From the NCBI RefSeq assembly GCF_964188315.1, contig NC_135668.1:5766001-5830000 (forward strand): 64,000 nt of DNA, written 5' to 3'. This document shows positions 24,309-36,959 of the stretch, in pieces. The notes beneath the pieces were generated by a model, which was given only the letters and a program-made list of their open reading frames with translations, made no database searches and had not been told where the DNA came from. The translations under genes and the position numbers were made by a program. The DNA is from Podarcis muralis (taxonomy: Eukaryota). Position 1 is the first letter of the stretch; each line of letters opens with the position of its first letter.

Positions 24309-25245
24309 GTCTTCTCCATAGTCAAACAGCTCATCCCTTCAGTAAGTTCTTCCTTGAGTCTAAATCCTTTTTCTTGTCATTTGAACCCACTGGTTTGGGT
24401 CCTCTTGCCCTCTGGAGCAACAGAAAACCCATTTGCTCCATCATGTATGTGACAGCCATTCAAATATTTGAATAGGGGCAGGAATTTTCAAAGGCAAAAC
24501 CACAGCTAGAGCCTTTCTCCCTCTTCTCTGGACTAAACCTGTTGTTTCACCATCATCATTCCAAGGTATGTCCTGTTTGCCAGCTCTTTTATCATGCCTG
24601 TGGCATTCTTACTCACAGCACTGAAGCTTGGTAAAGCAAAATCTCTCTTCAGATTTTCTGTGTGTTTGACAAGCTCTGATACTCCAGGTAAGATAGAATT
24701 TTCACAAGGCACAGTGGCAGAACAAGAAAAGCTCTCGGACCCAGGGGAATTAGTCAACAGACAAGATAATCAACATATGGGTCAAGCGAAAGTGTGGACA
24801 AGCCTTTTGTTTCACTGCGGCCCCTTTTCACCTTCTTATTAGACACGGCAGAAATTAAACAAAAAAGGGTATCTTGTGGATCCCAGATATTCAGTGCAAG
24901 AAAAGCTCAAGCCCAAGAAGAGGACGTTTTGGACATCTGTATTGGGCTAGAAAAGATTCTGCCAAATGGTCCCAGATTAATTTGCACAGTGGTGAGTATT
25001 CACTTGCTCATGACAGATTGAACTTGCATTTCCTAGATCCAGGCCTTATGAAGAATTCAAAGTGCAGTGTAGGAGTGGAGCACTGGGGTCAGAGAATTCC
25101 TTACACTCATTTTGTTGGAATTCAGGTGGGTAGATTTGAATGAATGATTTGAATCCCATTTCCCAAAAGCCCTTTTCGGTACCACTGACTGGGACGCGGC
25201 TGTTCCATGTCTCTTTCTGAGGTGGTTCAAAAAAGAAAAATAATA

Positions 25246-25455
25246 CAGTGGTACCTCAGGTTACAGACGCTTCAGTTTACAGACGCTTCAGGTTACAGAC
25301 TCCGCTAACCCAGAAATAGTACCTAGGGTTAAGAACTTTGCTTCAGGATGAGAACAGAGGCCCCATTAGCTAAAGTGGTACCTCAGGTTAAGACCAGTTT
25401 CAGGTTACGAACGAACCTCCAGAACGAATTAAGTTCTTAACCCGAGGTACCACTC
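25246..25455 (-). mobile_element. Tc1/mariner MITE with TA TSD (internally deleted)
   Basis: TA-CAGTGGTACCTCAGG…CCGAGGTACCACTC-TA. Confidence 0.88.
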
Positions 25456-25628
25456 TAATACGCCTCAGAAAATTCCAGTAGCCCAAATCATGACAGGACT
25501 TGCCTTGGAGGGGTTGGTTAAGCACATGTCATGTTCGAGAGCAGGAAACAGGGTGGCCATGAGCTCTACTTGACAGAGGACAGTCCTCTCTTCTGAAAAG
25601 CTGTCAGAGGATAGTCCTCTACTTAGAG

Positions 25629-25756
25629 CAGGGTTTCTCAAACTCCAGCTGTTTTTGGACTGCAACTCCCATCAACCCTAACTAGCAGGACAAGTGGCCA
25701 GGGATTATGGGAATTGTAGTCCAGAACAACTGAAGACCCAAGCTTGGGAACCCCTG
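25629..25756. mobile_element. hAT-type palindromic MITE
   Basis: CAGGGTTTCTCAAACT…AGCTTGGGAACCCCTG, with the GGACT(G/A)CAACTCCC core. Confidence 0.75.
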
Positions 25757-26159
25757 ACTTCAAAGTCCACGCTGAGTTTCAAAGAGGAGGAGAACGCTTG
25801 AAGCTGCCCATCTGCAGCGTGGGGCACCTGGGTGGCAGGATGAGCAGGTGGCACATAGGCCACCTGGTGTCTTCCCCACTATGGTAGGGTGCATTGTATA
25901 GACAATAAATGCAATTTTTGCAAATTTACCATATGCAAATGTTATGCAAATCAGTGCCCTCTTTTCTACAGTTTCCGCGGGCTTTCAGTGCACATCCAGC
26001 AGAATCCACTGTGGTGACTGTTGCCTCCCAGCTTACACTCCAGATTGCCTTCATTCCCTCTTCTCAGAGCCCCTGGAGCAGTTCCTTAAAATGTTTATGA
26101 ATGTTCCTTACCCTCTTTTGTTTTTTGTTAGCTGCAGCATGAAAACAAAACACACATAT

Positions 26160-26640
26160 GTGGCCTAGGACTCTCGTACCTACGGGACCGCCTCTCCTGG
26201 TATGCCCTGCGGAGGACCTTAAGGTCCACAAATAACAACACTTTGGAGGTCCCAAGCCGCAAGGTGCTTAGATTGGTCTCAACTAGGGCCAGGGCCTTTT
26301 CAGTACTTTCCCCGAATTGGTGGAATGCTCTGTCACAAGAGACTAGGGCCCTGTGGGATTTGACATCTTTCCACAGGGCCTGCAAAACAGAGCCTGGCCT
26401 TTGGTTTGGACTCAGTCTGACCCTTACGTTTCCCTCCCCTTATGGTTTTGACTTATGGGCTACTTTTAAAATGAGGCTGCATTTTAAATTGTATTTTAAC
26501 CTGCATTCTAAGAAACCGGTTTCCCCGCGCCCCCATTATGTTTTATTGTAATTTTATTAGTGTTAGCCACTCTGAGCCCAGCTCTGGCCAGGGAGGGTGG
26601 GGTATAAATAAAAAATTATTATTATTATTATTATTTGCTT
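26160..26640 (+). mobile_element. L2-type LINE 3' end
   Basis: …agggccttttcagt…tggtggaatgctct…ttagccactctgagccc…gggagggtggggtataaataaaaaattattattatt tail. Confidence 0.75.
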
Positions 26641-27631
26641 CCTTTTTCAGAAACAACAGCACTTTCAGAAAAGTGACCTGGCATCCCTCCCTGACTTTCA
26701 AAATGTGCCATTGATCCAGCATTTAACTTGCTGTCGCATACGTTTCTAACACCCGTTGCAGAGTTGGGTTCACACCACGAGTGAAGAAAGCGCCCCCGCC
26801 CAAAGATTACAGCTTCCTCCAGTGTCAGAGTCCTCTCATCTAGAATTCCTCCCCTTTCTGATGTGGCCCCTTTGGTTCTGGAGACATGAAGCCCTTTCTC
26901 TCTCTCTCCCCTCCCCCCTTTCCTCCTTCCTTCCTCTTCTTCTTCTTATTTTTCTGCATTTCCTTTCTGTTTGCTCACACGCTCATATTGTTTCTTAAAA
27001 TAATTTGCATCTGCTGAGATCACACATCTGTAATCACTGCAAGCAACATCAGGGGTGGACTGCTTTGATTTTGACAAGGGACACTTGGTAGGGTGTTGTT
27101 CTGACTTTCCATATATGCCAGGTTCTAAAGGACCGGCTCAGGCAGGAGAGTGATGGTGAAAATGGGAAGTGTTAAGCCAGGGGCCTCGGAGGCAGAAGGC
27201 AGGCGACTTGAGGCCCCTTTTGCAAGGGGACGAGGCCACACAAGGCCACCTGATCAGCAGCCCGTCTGTCAGGAGCACCAGGCATCAGCGGGGCGGGGGG
27301 GGGGGTAGGATCCCTCTTTCTTTCCAGTTTCTAGCATACACTATTTTGGCTGCTGCTGTTGTATAAAGAAAAAAGTTGCATGTCTTCTTTGGTATCTCAT
27401 CACCAGTTATAGCCAGTAAGAAGGCTTCAGGTTTTTTTTGGGGGGGGGGGGATGTAAACTTGAAAATCTTTTTTTAACTCATTATACACCATCTCCCAAT
27501 AATCTTTGGCATATTTACAGAACCACCACACGTGTATAAAAGATCCCTCCACCTCTGAACACTTCCAGCACAATTTGGAGCCTCTCTTATACATTTTGAC
27601 AAGTTTACTGGGAATAAAGTACCACCTATAG

Positions 27632-27993
27632 TAAAGGTAAAGGTACCCCTGCCCGTACGGGCCAGTCTTGACAGACTCTGGGGTTGTGCGCCCATCTCAC
27701 TCAAGAGGCCGGGGGCCAGCACTGTCCAGAGACACTTCCGGGTCATGTGGCCAGCATGACATCGCTGCTCTGGCGAGCCAGAGCCGCACACGGAAACACC
27801 GTTTACCTTCCCGCTAGTAAGCGGTCCCTATTTATCTACTTGCACCCGGGGGTGCTTTCGAACTGCTAGGTTGGCAGGCGCTGGGACCGAGCAACGGGAG
27901 TGCACCCCGCCACGGGGATTCGAACCGCCGACCTTTCGATCGGCAAGCCCTAGGCGCTGAGGCTTTTACCCACAGCGCCACCCGCGTCCCTTT
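27632..27993 (-). mobile_element. Sauria SINE (variant subfamily), full length, with TSD
   Basis: 12-bp TSD TACCACCTATAG at 27620-27631 and 27994-28005. (ACCTTT)n tail. CpGs well preserved. Confidence 0.93.
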
Positions 27994-28032
27994 TACCACC
28001 TATAGAGCATCTTTTAAATCTCTGATTCTCTT

Positions 28033-28913
28033 TTAAATCAGAACCGGTGAAGGCGGTGAAGGTCCTGTGTGAGTGTCTGGAGGCGGTTGGAGGATGGATG
28101 GCAGCTAACAGATTGAGGTTGAATCCTGACAAGACAGAAGTACTGTTTTGGGGGGACAGGAGGCGGGCAGGTGTGAAGGACTCCCTGGTCCTGAATGGGG
28201 TAACTGTGCCCCTGAAGGACCAGGTGTGCAGCCTGGGAGTCATTTTGGACTCACAGCTGTCCATGGAGGCACAGGTCAAATCTGTGTCCAGGGCAGCTGT
28301 TTACCAGCTCCATCTGGTACGTAGGCTGAGACCCTATCTGCCTGTGGACTGTCTCGCCAGAGTGGTGCATGCTCTGGTTATCTCCCGCTTGGACTACTGC
28401 AATGCACTCTACGTGGGGCTACCTTTGAAGGTGACTCGGAAACTACAACTAATCCAGAATGCGGCAGCTAGACTGGTGACTGGGAGCGGCCGCCAAGACC
28501 ACATAACACCGGTCTTGAAAGACCTACATTGGCTCCCAGTACATTTCCGAGCACAATTCAAAGTGTTGGTGCTGACCTTTAAAGCCCTAAACGGCCTCAG
28601 TCCAGTATATCTGAAGGAGCGTCTCCTCCCCCATCGTTCTGCCCGGACACTGAGGTCCAGTTCCGAGGGCCTTCTGGCGGTTCCCTCACTGCGAGAGGCC
28701 AAGTTACAGGGAACCAGGCAGAGGGCCTTCTCGGTAGTGGCGCCCGCCCTGTGGAACACCCTCCCATCAGATGTCAAAGCGATAAACAACTACCTGACAT
28801 TCAGAAGACATCTGAAGGCAGCCCTGTTTAGGGAAGCTTTTAATATGTGACATTTCAGTGTATTTTTCATCTTTGTTGGAAGCCACCCAGAGTGGCTGGG
28901 GTACAAATAATAA

Positions 28914-28950
<37 letters not shown>
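28033..28950 (+). mobile_element. L2-clade LINE, 5'-truncated, with open RT C-terminal ORF (267 aa)
   Basis: ORF 28047..28850 (WMAANRLRLNPDKTEVL…SRLDYCNALY…LQLIQNAAARLV…HITPVLKDLHWLPV…RAFSVVAPALWN) with a (TTA)n tail. Confidence 0.92.
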
Positions 28951-28951
<1 letters not shown>

Positions 28952-29720
28952 GATGATGCATGTTTTCCTTTAGGAAATAAGAAGCTGAAAAGTTCATAGT
29001 TTCGTCCCATTGCTTTTCCCATTCTGAAATTTCAATGTTATGTCCAATGTCTATTGGTTTCCCACTCTAATAAAATTATATATAATTTAGATATTAATTT
29101 TAAAAAAAATCTGATCCTCCTTCTACAAATCCTTTAATTTTCTGATGGACTGATGTTCACATTAATTGATAGACAATGCTAAACAAAGTGTAAGGCATGT
29201 TCAGAGCAGCACTAATCCTGGCTACCACTTATGTTCTCCACTGTGCTGTCCAACATGCATCTGAATTGCAGCCCTGCATGCCATGGAAAGCCAGGCTGGT
29301 GCTGGGCTCTGCCACAAGAGCCCTTTTGACAGAAGGCTTTCTTGGCTCTGCCCATGGCATTCCCTCGTTCAGCCATTACCAGCCAGCTTGGGCTGTGTTC
29401 CAGGGGAAGGGAGGCGTTGTCTCCTTGAGCTGCCCACACGGTCCCTGTAGTGTAGGAAGCATCCTCCATATTGCCTTGCTGACAGACAGAGCAGCTGCCA
29501 GTGGCTACACAGATGGGCCACTTGGGGATCAGCCAAGTGACAGGGAAAGCAAACTCCCCACCAGGTGCCAACAGGCTCTGTGCGTTGTCTCCCTTGCTGT
29601 CTAATGATGACAGCAAAGAGCCTTGGCCAAATGCTGGAGGTGTGTGTACTCCTGGCCTAAAGAACCTGCACTCTGCAACCTGCAGGATTCATGTCCTTCA
29701 TAAGATCACTTGTGTTCTGC

Positions 29721-29966
29721 ATACCTTGGTTCTCAAACGCCTTGTGACTTGAACGTTTTGGCTCCCGAATGCTGCAAACCTGGAAGTAAGTGTTCCGGTT
29801 TGCAAACTTTTTTGGAAACCGAACGTCCGACAGGGCTTCCACGGCTTCCAATTGAGTGCAGGAAGCTCCTGCAGCCGATCGGAAGTCGCACCTTGTTTTT
29901 GAACATTTTTGGAAGTTGAACAGACTTCCAGAATGGATTCTGTTCGAGAACCAAGGTGTGACTGTA
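29721..29966. mobile_element. Tc1/mariner (Tigger-like) MITE
   Basis: Inverted ends ACCTTGGTTCTCAAAC / GTTCGAGAACCAAGGT…GACTG-TA. Confidence 0.7.
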
Positions 29967-31959
29967 TTTTACTTTGGTGCAAGACATGGGAGGGACTAGG
30001 AGAAGGCATTCCAAAGCCACCTTCCGCCTCTGACCTCTGGAAATCATATCTCCGCCCTGCAGCCCTTTTGGCTTCAGAGATTTTGCTGGTGTGGCCCACA
30101 TATTTAAGCCCAGTAGTGCAACCATGAGGACTAGCATGTTGCCTTTCTCAAAACCAGAAATCTGATATTATCAGAAAGCTAGAATCTTCCACATTGGGTT
30201 GTGCTTGCACTGGACCAAGACACAAACAGCGCTGGTGCCCCCTAAGGCTGGCCCTGCTTCTTTGGGTTCTTTACTTTTAGGTCTGGGAGAGACAGCCCTT
30301 CAAAGAGATGGCTGTGCTTTGTGAAATAGGATGTCCCACCAATCTGTGGCCTCACTATAGACTGCCCTCTACAGAGCCAGAGCATTGGTCCATCTGGCAG
30401 TCTTGGGCCCCATCAGAGACCCTGAGAGTTTCACCTGGGAGCTTCTGCATGCCTTTAAAGTGTGGGTTCTACCACTGATCTTCAGCCCTGCGGAGTCAAT
30501 CCTATCAAGAGACATGACATTTTTCATCTGGCGAGTAAATATCAGCATCCACAGAAGCACTGGAGAGGCCACGCTGTTTTGAAAACCGTTTTGCTTTTCT
30601 TCCTCCGAACCATCAATATTGCCAACTCCTGCATAAAACAAGCCTTCCATTCCAAGGGGACCGGTTGTCCCGAAACCACAAGAAGGGTGGAAATAAATTC
30701 CATAAGGCACCTTAAAATCTTCAGGCAATTATATAAACACAGCTGCATAAATGTTAGCTCCTTCTCTCTCTCTCTCTTTTTAAACCTTTGTTTTAAGCCA
30801 GGGGATTTAAAACAATTAGCACACTTCCCTGCTTTGAAAACGTCTCCTTGGCATTCTTTCGAGTTTGTTTTAGAGAAGGGGGTGGGGGACATTTTGAATT
30901 GTAGGCCGGTTGGCCTTTCCCCTCCAGGACCATTTGCTCTTCTGGCACATGAATATAGATCTTTGCTGACATCCTAAAAGGTTGGAGGTATATACAGTCC
31001 TGAGCTTGCTTGGTACCGAATGCCAAGCATCAAAAGACACGGAGCTGTCACTCCTGTAATCCAGCCCACTTCCCCAGCACCGCCAAGGGGAAGAAAGCTC
31101 TTGCAGCCAAGGTCCACTTTACTGCTAATCCACACCAAGGATGAGAAAACTTTGATGGACACACAAACACTTCCACTGAGCTTATTTGATTTTACAAACT
31201 GCCCATCGTCATTATTATCCATGCCCAAGCCTCCCCTCACCCCCACTTCCTTTATTTTTGCAGGGGAGCACAATATTTCTTTCTGTTTAGACTAGTTATG
31301 TGTTGACATTCTTTTTATAAAGAAAACAATTTCACAGCAGCAGCAGTAAATGGGTTCTGGGATTTAACTGCCTTGTGCCAGGAACTGCCTCCCAAATCAC
31401 CACCCGTCTCTCTTCCTCCTTAGGCCTCATGAAGCCTTTGGTGTGACCGTTTCACCCCCATCGTCTGCCGAAAGGAACCTAGGCTGAAGGCACAGGCAAC
31501 ACACCTTGGCCCTTTGCCCCCTCCCTGCTCCCATCTCCCTCCCCTTCCCCAGATATTCAGCATAGAAACTTCTCTGTGCAGAGGAGGCAGGAAAGGAAGG
31601 CCTGTAGAATGAGATTGTAGAATGAAGGGCAGCGGTGCCATCTCACCCTCAGGATTGTGGGTGCCCACCGCCACAATGCAGATATGCGACATCACATGCA
31701 CACACCTGCACGTAGTGTGTTTGACGTCACAGGTGCTATGTTCAGGCGTGTGCATGTGACATTGCACATCCGTGTTGCTCATCAAGCTCCAAAAAGTCTC
31801 AGAGCAGTCTAGTGAGTGAATTGCAAAGTTGCCCTCCATCTCAACAGGCAGCAGGTTGTGACTTGTTGTGGACGCTGCTCCCGATTTAAAGCTGTAAAGA
31901 ACCAAATCTGGGATGAGGAGTTCTTCTGAAGGCAACCTTTTTGCACTCTCCCCTCCCCT

Positions 31960-32041
31960 TTCTTCTTCTTCTTCTTCTTCTTCTTCTTCTTCTTCTTCTT
32001 CTTCTTCTTCTTCTTCTTCTTCTTCTTCTTCTTCTTCTTCT
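31960..32041. repeat. (TTC)n/(GAA)n microsatellite
   Basis: About 27 uninterrupted units. Confidence 0.97.
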
Positions 32042-32929
32042 CCACAATCAGTTTTTGGCAAAGTGTTGACTTTGCTCCCACCCCCTCTGTTGCCTGGGAG
32101 TCTCCGTCTGCTTCCTTGCCAAAGGATTCTGCACCACATTCTGCACCTGTTTGCTCTCCCTGTAACAATGCAGGCAGAAGAGTCTTTGGGTCACAAAGCT
32201 TCTTAAAAGCACCAGCCTGCTTTAGCAGACAGCCGGGACCTGGCAGCTACACAATCAGCACCCAAGGCTCTTCTTGAAGGGGGGAGCCGAGAGGCGCCCA
32301 GAAAAAGCACCTTGGAACCAGCTTCCTGCAGCCACAAGCAAAGAGGAACCTTCCTCTTCAACTGGGGGAGGGGGCGGCTCCACAGCTGCAGAGCCCAGTG
32401 GGGCTGAGGGAACTTCCTCCAGCCAGCAGCTGTGCAAGGAACTTTTGGCAGGCTCCGCACAGCCTTGCTGCGCCCCACAAGGCAGGCGAGGCAGACTCCA
32501 GAAACTGTGCGTGTGCCAGCAAAGCCTGATGGTTTGACTGTGCCTGCTCCATCCTGCGGCTGGCTGGATGTGGCCCCGGCTTCAGGAACACAGAAAAGCC
32601 TTATGCCAAGACAGACCATGTCACTCCGTATTGTCTGCACTGACTGGCAGTGGGAATCTTTTCCAGGCGATGCTGTTAGGGACTGAACTGGGGGTCATCT
32701 GAGCTCAAAGTAGATGCTCCATCCCTGAGTTACAGCCTTTCCCATCACCTAGTATTCTGTCTCCAAGAGTCAGGTGCTGCGTGTCATTCTGCCATTTTAA
32801 CAGCAGACTTCCTGTACTGTCTCTCCCAGGTTAAGGTGTTAAAGGACTCTGTCTTCCCGGCAGCTCTTTACACAATGACCATGAGGGCAGAGTGCGTCCA
32901 AGACAGCACCACATGCCCATGGGATAGAC

Positions 32930-33175
32930 CATGGGTAGGCAAACTAAGGCCCAGGGGCTGGATCCGGCCCAATCACCTTCTAAATCCGGCCTGTGGACGG
33001 TCCAGGAATCAGCGTGTTTTTATGTGAGTAGAATGTGTCCTTTTATTTAAAATGCATCTCTGGGTTATTTGTGGGGCATAGGAATTCGTTCCTTTTTTTC
33101 TTCTTCAAAATATAGTCCGGCCCCCCACAAGGCCTGAGGGACAGTGGACCGGCCCCCTGCTGAAAAAGTTTGCTG
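32930..33175 (-). mobile_element. hAT MITE with 8-bp TSD (family of 40944)
   Basis: TSD GGATAGAC at 32922-32929 and 33176-33183. Confidence 0.9.
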
Positions 33176-33526
33176 GGATAGACGCTCCCCTGAGGCTACG
33201 GCCTCCTTGCTTTGCCTCTGGCAACGTTGCAGGAAGAGACAGAAGGAGAGAGGGGGTCCAGGGCTCAACGTTGTTATGCACCTGAGTCCCTGGTCCTGCC
33301 ACAAAGCAAGCGAGCTGCCACAGAGGGCTCTGAGCTGGTCTGTCAAGCAGCAAGGTCTGAGGAAGAACAGCTGGATTTCTACCTCTATGGCACTGACTTT
33401 GCTCTATGATTCAAATGCTGCATGGCCTCCTTCTCATACACTCTAGTATCAGTGGGAATTAAAGATACGTGACTTAAAAAGAAGGTGATGTTGCGTGTTC
33501 CAAAAGCGCAGCAGTATCACATAGGA

Positions 33527-34020
33527 CAGGGGTCTGCAACCTTTAAGACAAAAAGAGCCACTTGGACCCGTTTCCGAAGGGGGAAAAAACTGGGAACCGC
33601 AAAACTCGTCATTATAAAAGTAACTTTTTTGTCACTTTTTTATTATTTCTTTGTTTGACCCCTCAGAATTACTCCTCCTCATAGAAATAAACGGTAAATT
33701 AACAAGTTACCTTTTTTTGTGTGTGTGTTCTTCACTCCCCTTCAAAACAGTGACCAGTGTACATGCCCCCTTTCAATGCAGTGACCAGCGTACATGCCCC
33801 TTACAGTGTAGCGGGCGGGCGGGAAGGTGACGTCGGGATGGTGCGTGACTAACGCACGCACAGCCCCCATGCGACGTCACAGCCAGTACAGCGCCCGCCA
33901 CAGTGAGGAGTGTCGGGGCGCACAATGCGCCTCCTCCCCTTGCTAGTATCTGCCCCAGAGCTGCGGCAAAGGTGTAAAAGAGCCACATGCGGCTCCGGAG
34001 CCGTGGGTTGCAGACCCCTG
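33527..34020. mobile_element. hAT non-autonomous element with perfect TIR and TSD
   Basis: 15-bp TIR CAGGGGTCTGCAACC / GGTTGCAGACCCCTG. 8-bp TSD ACATAGGA at 33519-33526 and 34021-34028. Confidence 0.93.
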
Positions 34021-34447
34021 ACATAGGATAATAGGAAGCTGAGTGAGACCCTTAGTCTACCTGGCTCAAGATTGTCAACTACTGTGGGCAGCAGTTGCTA
34101 TGGAGTTTCGGGGCAGGTAACTCTCCCAGCCCTACCTGCAGATGTTGTCGTGGACTGAACTTGGAGCTTCTGCTTTCAAAGGAGGTGCTCTAACGATGGA
34201 GCACCTACGATGGCCCTTCCCCTAAAGTCTCTCTCAAGGAGAGCCAACAAAATGCCTTGTGACACCTGGAAAGTTAGCAGAGTCATTGTCCTAGAAGGAG
34301 CCTTTATGGGCAGGAGTCTGCTGTGTCTGCATGAGTCTGCATGAGTCTGCATGAGGAGTCTGTCTGCATGAATGAGACAGTAAAATGGCGTGTGGCTGTG
34401 GGTACATACCTGTGGAAAAGACACACACTTTGCTTCTCTATATCTCT

Positions 34448-34893
34448 TGTTGTTGTTATTGTTTAGTCATTTAGTCATGTCCGACTCTTCGTGACCCCCT
34501 GGAACAGAGCATGCCAGGCACTCCTGTCTTCCACTGCCTCCCGCAGTTTGGTCAAACTCATGCTGGTAGCTTCGAGAACACCATCCAACCATCTTGTCCT
34601 CTGCCGTCCCCTTCTCCTTGTGCCCTCCATCTTTCCCAACATCAGGCTCTTCTCCAGGGAGTCTTCTCTTCTCATGAGGTGGCCAAAGTATTGGAGCCTC
34701 AGCTTCACGATCTGTCCTTCCAGTGAGCACTCAGGGCTGATTCCCTTCAGAACGGATAGGTTTGATCTTCTTGCAGTCCATGGGACTCTCAAGAGTCTCC
34801 TCCAACACCATAATTCAAAAGCATCCATTCTTCGGCGATCAGCCTTCTTTATGGTCCTGCTCTCACTACCATACATCACTTCTGGGAAAACTA
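34448..34893 (-). mobile_element. Bov-B LINE 3' fragment
   Basis: ORF 34475..34879 encodes the Bov-B RT C-terminus. (CAA)n tail. 13-bp flanking repeat TCTCTATATCTCT at 34435-34447 and 34894-34906. Confidence 0.93.
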
Positions 34894-36243
34894 TCTCTAT
34901 ATCTCTACATCTCTACATCTCTACATCTCTATATCTCTACACACACACAAACACACATTGTGCAATGAGGGGAAGCTGCACGGTGAGATTTTAAAGTAGC
35001 CAGGCGTCTGCTGAATGTTGAGGTGCAATATATGAGCCCCATCAATGGAAGTGAATGAGATTCAGTCCTTGGGGTCACCAGTCTCACAGGCAGAGGAAGG
35101 CCTAGCCATTCTCAGGGGGCCTTCAGTGAGATTCGGTCATTGTAGGGAGAAGGGTGAGCTGTGCTGCAAAGAAGGAGGAAGCCCCCCCTTGACCCCCCCC
35201 AGCTCTTCCTCCCCCCCCCCGCCTGCCTTTGCAATGGATCCGTCCTTTGAATCCCACCAGAGTTTCTCTGCCGCTGACTTTTTGAAGGGTTAATTGGGTG
35301 CAATTCTAAATACATTCAAGTATATTGTAGGAGACAAGGATTAAATCCAATGATGTGAAAACATTCCCACGGTTTTGACTTACTAAAAAGAAATAAGCAA
35401 GATGTTGGCCATCGTCATATTGCATTACTTCATACTAGCCCGGAGGCAGACTTGACGGGAGGGAAATGAAGAGAGATGTAGCGAGAGGAGACCTTCAAGT
35501 CCATGTTTGCTTCAAACCCCGATTTTCTTAGGCTCAGAGATGAACGGGCACTGCAAGCGAAGCACACCACTTTATTCCTGCACAACCCCATCAAGTATCA
35601 AATGCGGGAAAAGTGTGTTGATGGGACCACATTGCAAACTCATACCTTTGCTGCCATCTTCTGGCTCAATAGGGGAAGGACAGGCTAACCCTGCTCTTCG
35701 CGGCAGACTTCTGGAGCCAGGAGGACAGAACACCAGGTTTGCTTGTGTTGTGTTCGGACCAGTTAGCTGCAAAACGGACTTCGACAGACTTGAGCAGGAG
35801 AACTTCTTATTGCTGTGCCCCATGTTAATTAGCTAGGCTAATTAGGCTTCGGGTGCTCATAGAAAGCACCAGAATTGGCCCATCTCTTGCACCAGATGCA
35901 GTTTGCCCCCATGGGCAAAACTGCACATTAAAATGCAAGGGCCGCTCAAAGAGTTCTTTGGATTACTACGTTTTTAATTTAAATCACATGGCTTTAGGCA
36001 CTTGGGGAAAATAGCCCTGCTCCCAGTTTGTGGGTCATAGTAATTTTCTCATAATAGTGCCCTTTTCTGCCCCTCTAATCTCACCATCACATCAGCCACC
36101 TGTGTACTCCTGAAGGTGTCCAAGATGAGGTGCCCTTGGCTCTAAGGATCACCAGTTGCTCATCTGGCATGGATGGGTGCAAGCTTCCAGGTCTCGTAGC
36201 CACTGGGCTCTTTTTATTTTAATTTGAAGGTAACACATACAAG

Positions 36244-36247
<4 letters not shown>

Positions 36248-36294
<47 letters not shown>
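36248..36294. repeat. (GT)n microsatellite
   Basis: About 23 units. Confidence 0.95.
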
Positions 36295-36299
<5 letters not shown>

Positions 36300-36959
36300 T
36301 TCCATCCAGTTGCAAACTTTTAAAATATTAATTATCAGAGGAAAACAAAGTTGAAAGTGAAATGTTAATTGTGTTTCCAAGGGTAGTAGGCACATAGGCA
36401 GTTCAGGGGGTCGGGGGACAGTTAAATGGCTGAACTTGGACTTAAGGTGATAACATTTGATTACAGCAAATAAGAATCAATATAAGTGCAACTGGAAGGA
36501 AGCTGGCTTGCTTAATCAATGACTGGATTTTAGCTTGGTTGTTACAGTCTATCAAGATGCACCAAAGAATTTGTTTCTCTGTTCTGTGCTTTTAATTTGC
36601 AGTATCACATTGTCCTTAAAAGCTGCTACACATTTTATGGGAGTTTAAAAACAACAGCAGCAACAGCTTGTGTTGCAAAGGCGAGGGTGGTAATTTGGTT
36701 CAATTTCAGTCACTGGACATGGGTGCTACTCTTGAGTAATAGGAACAGTGAGAGAACTTACTAACAGGAGACTGCTACAAATACCGGTATGTGATTTGTC
36801 AGTTGTACCCAGAAGAGCGATGCCTGCCTATTAAGAACAGATGTCAAATATATTGCAGGAAATACCCAAGCGCTTAGCAAGTCTGAACATCATGCATACT
36901 GCACTGAAGGTGGGGCAGAGGAGCTTTTCCTAAGTAGTAGGGCGGCATTGTTGTTGAGC

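Noticed and set aside
31420-32206. Long poly-E, poly-K and poly-S ORFs
   Set aside because: Artefacts of the (TTC)n microsatellite.
34448-34893. Apparent excess of sense-strand A-to-G changes in this Bov-B copy (possible ADAR signature)
   Set aside because: Only about five sites were seen against sister copies. That is too few without a proper consensus and a neighbour-context test.
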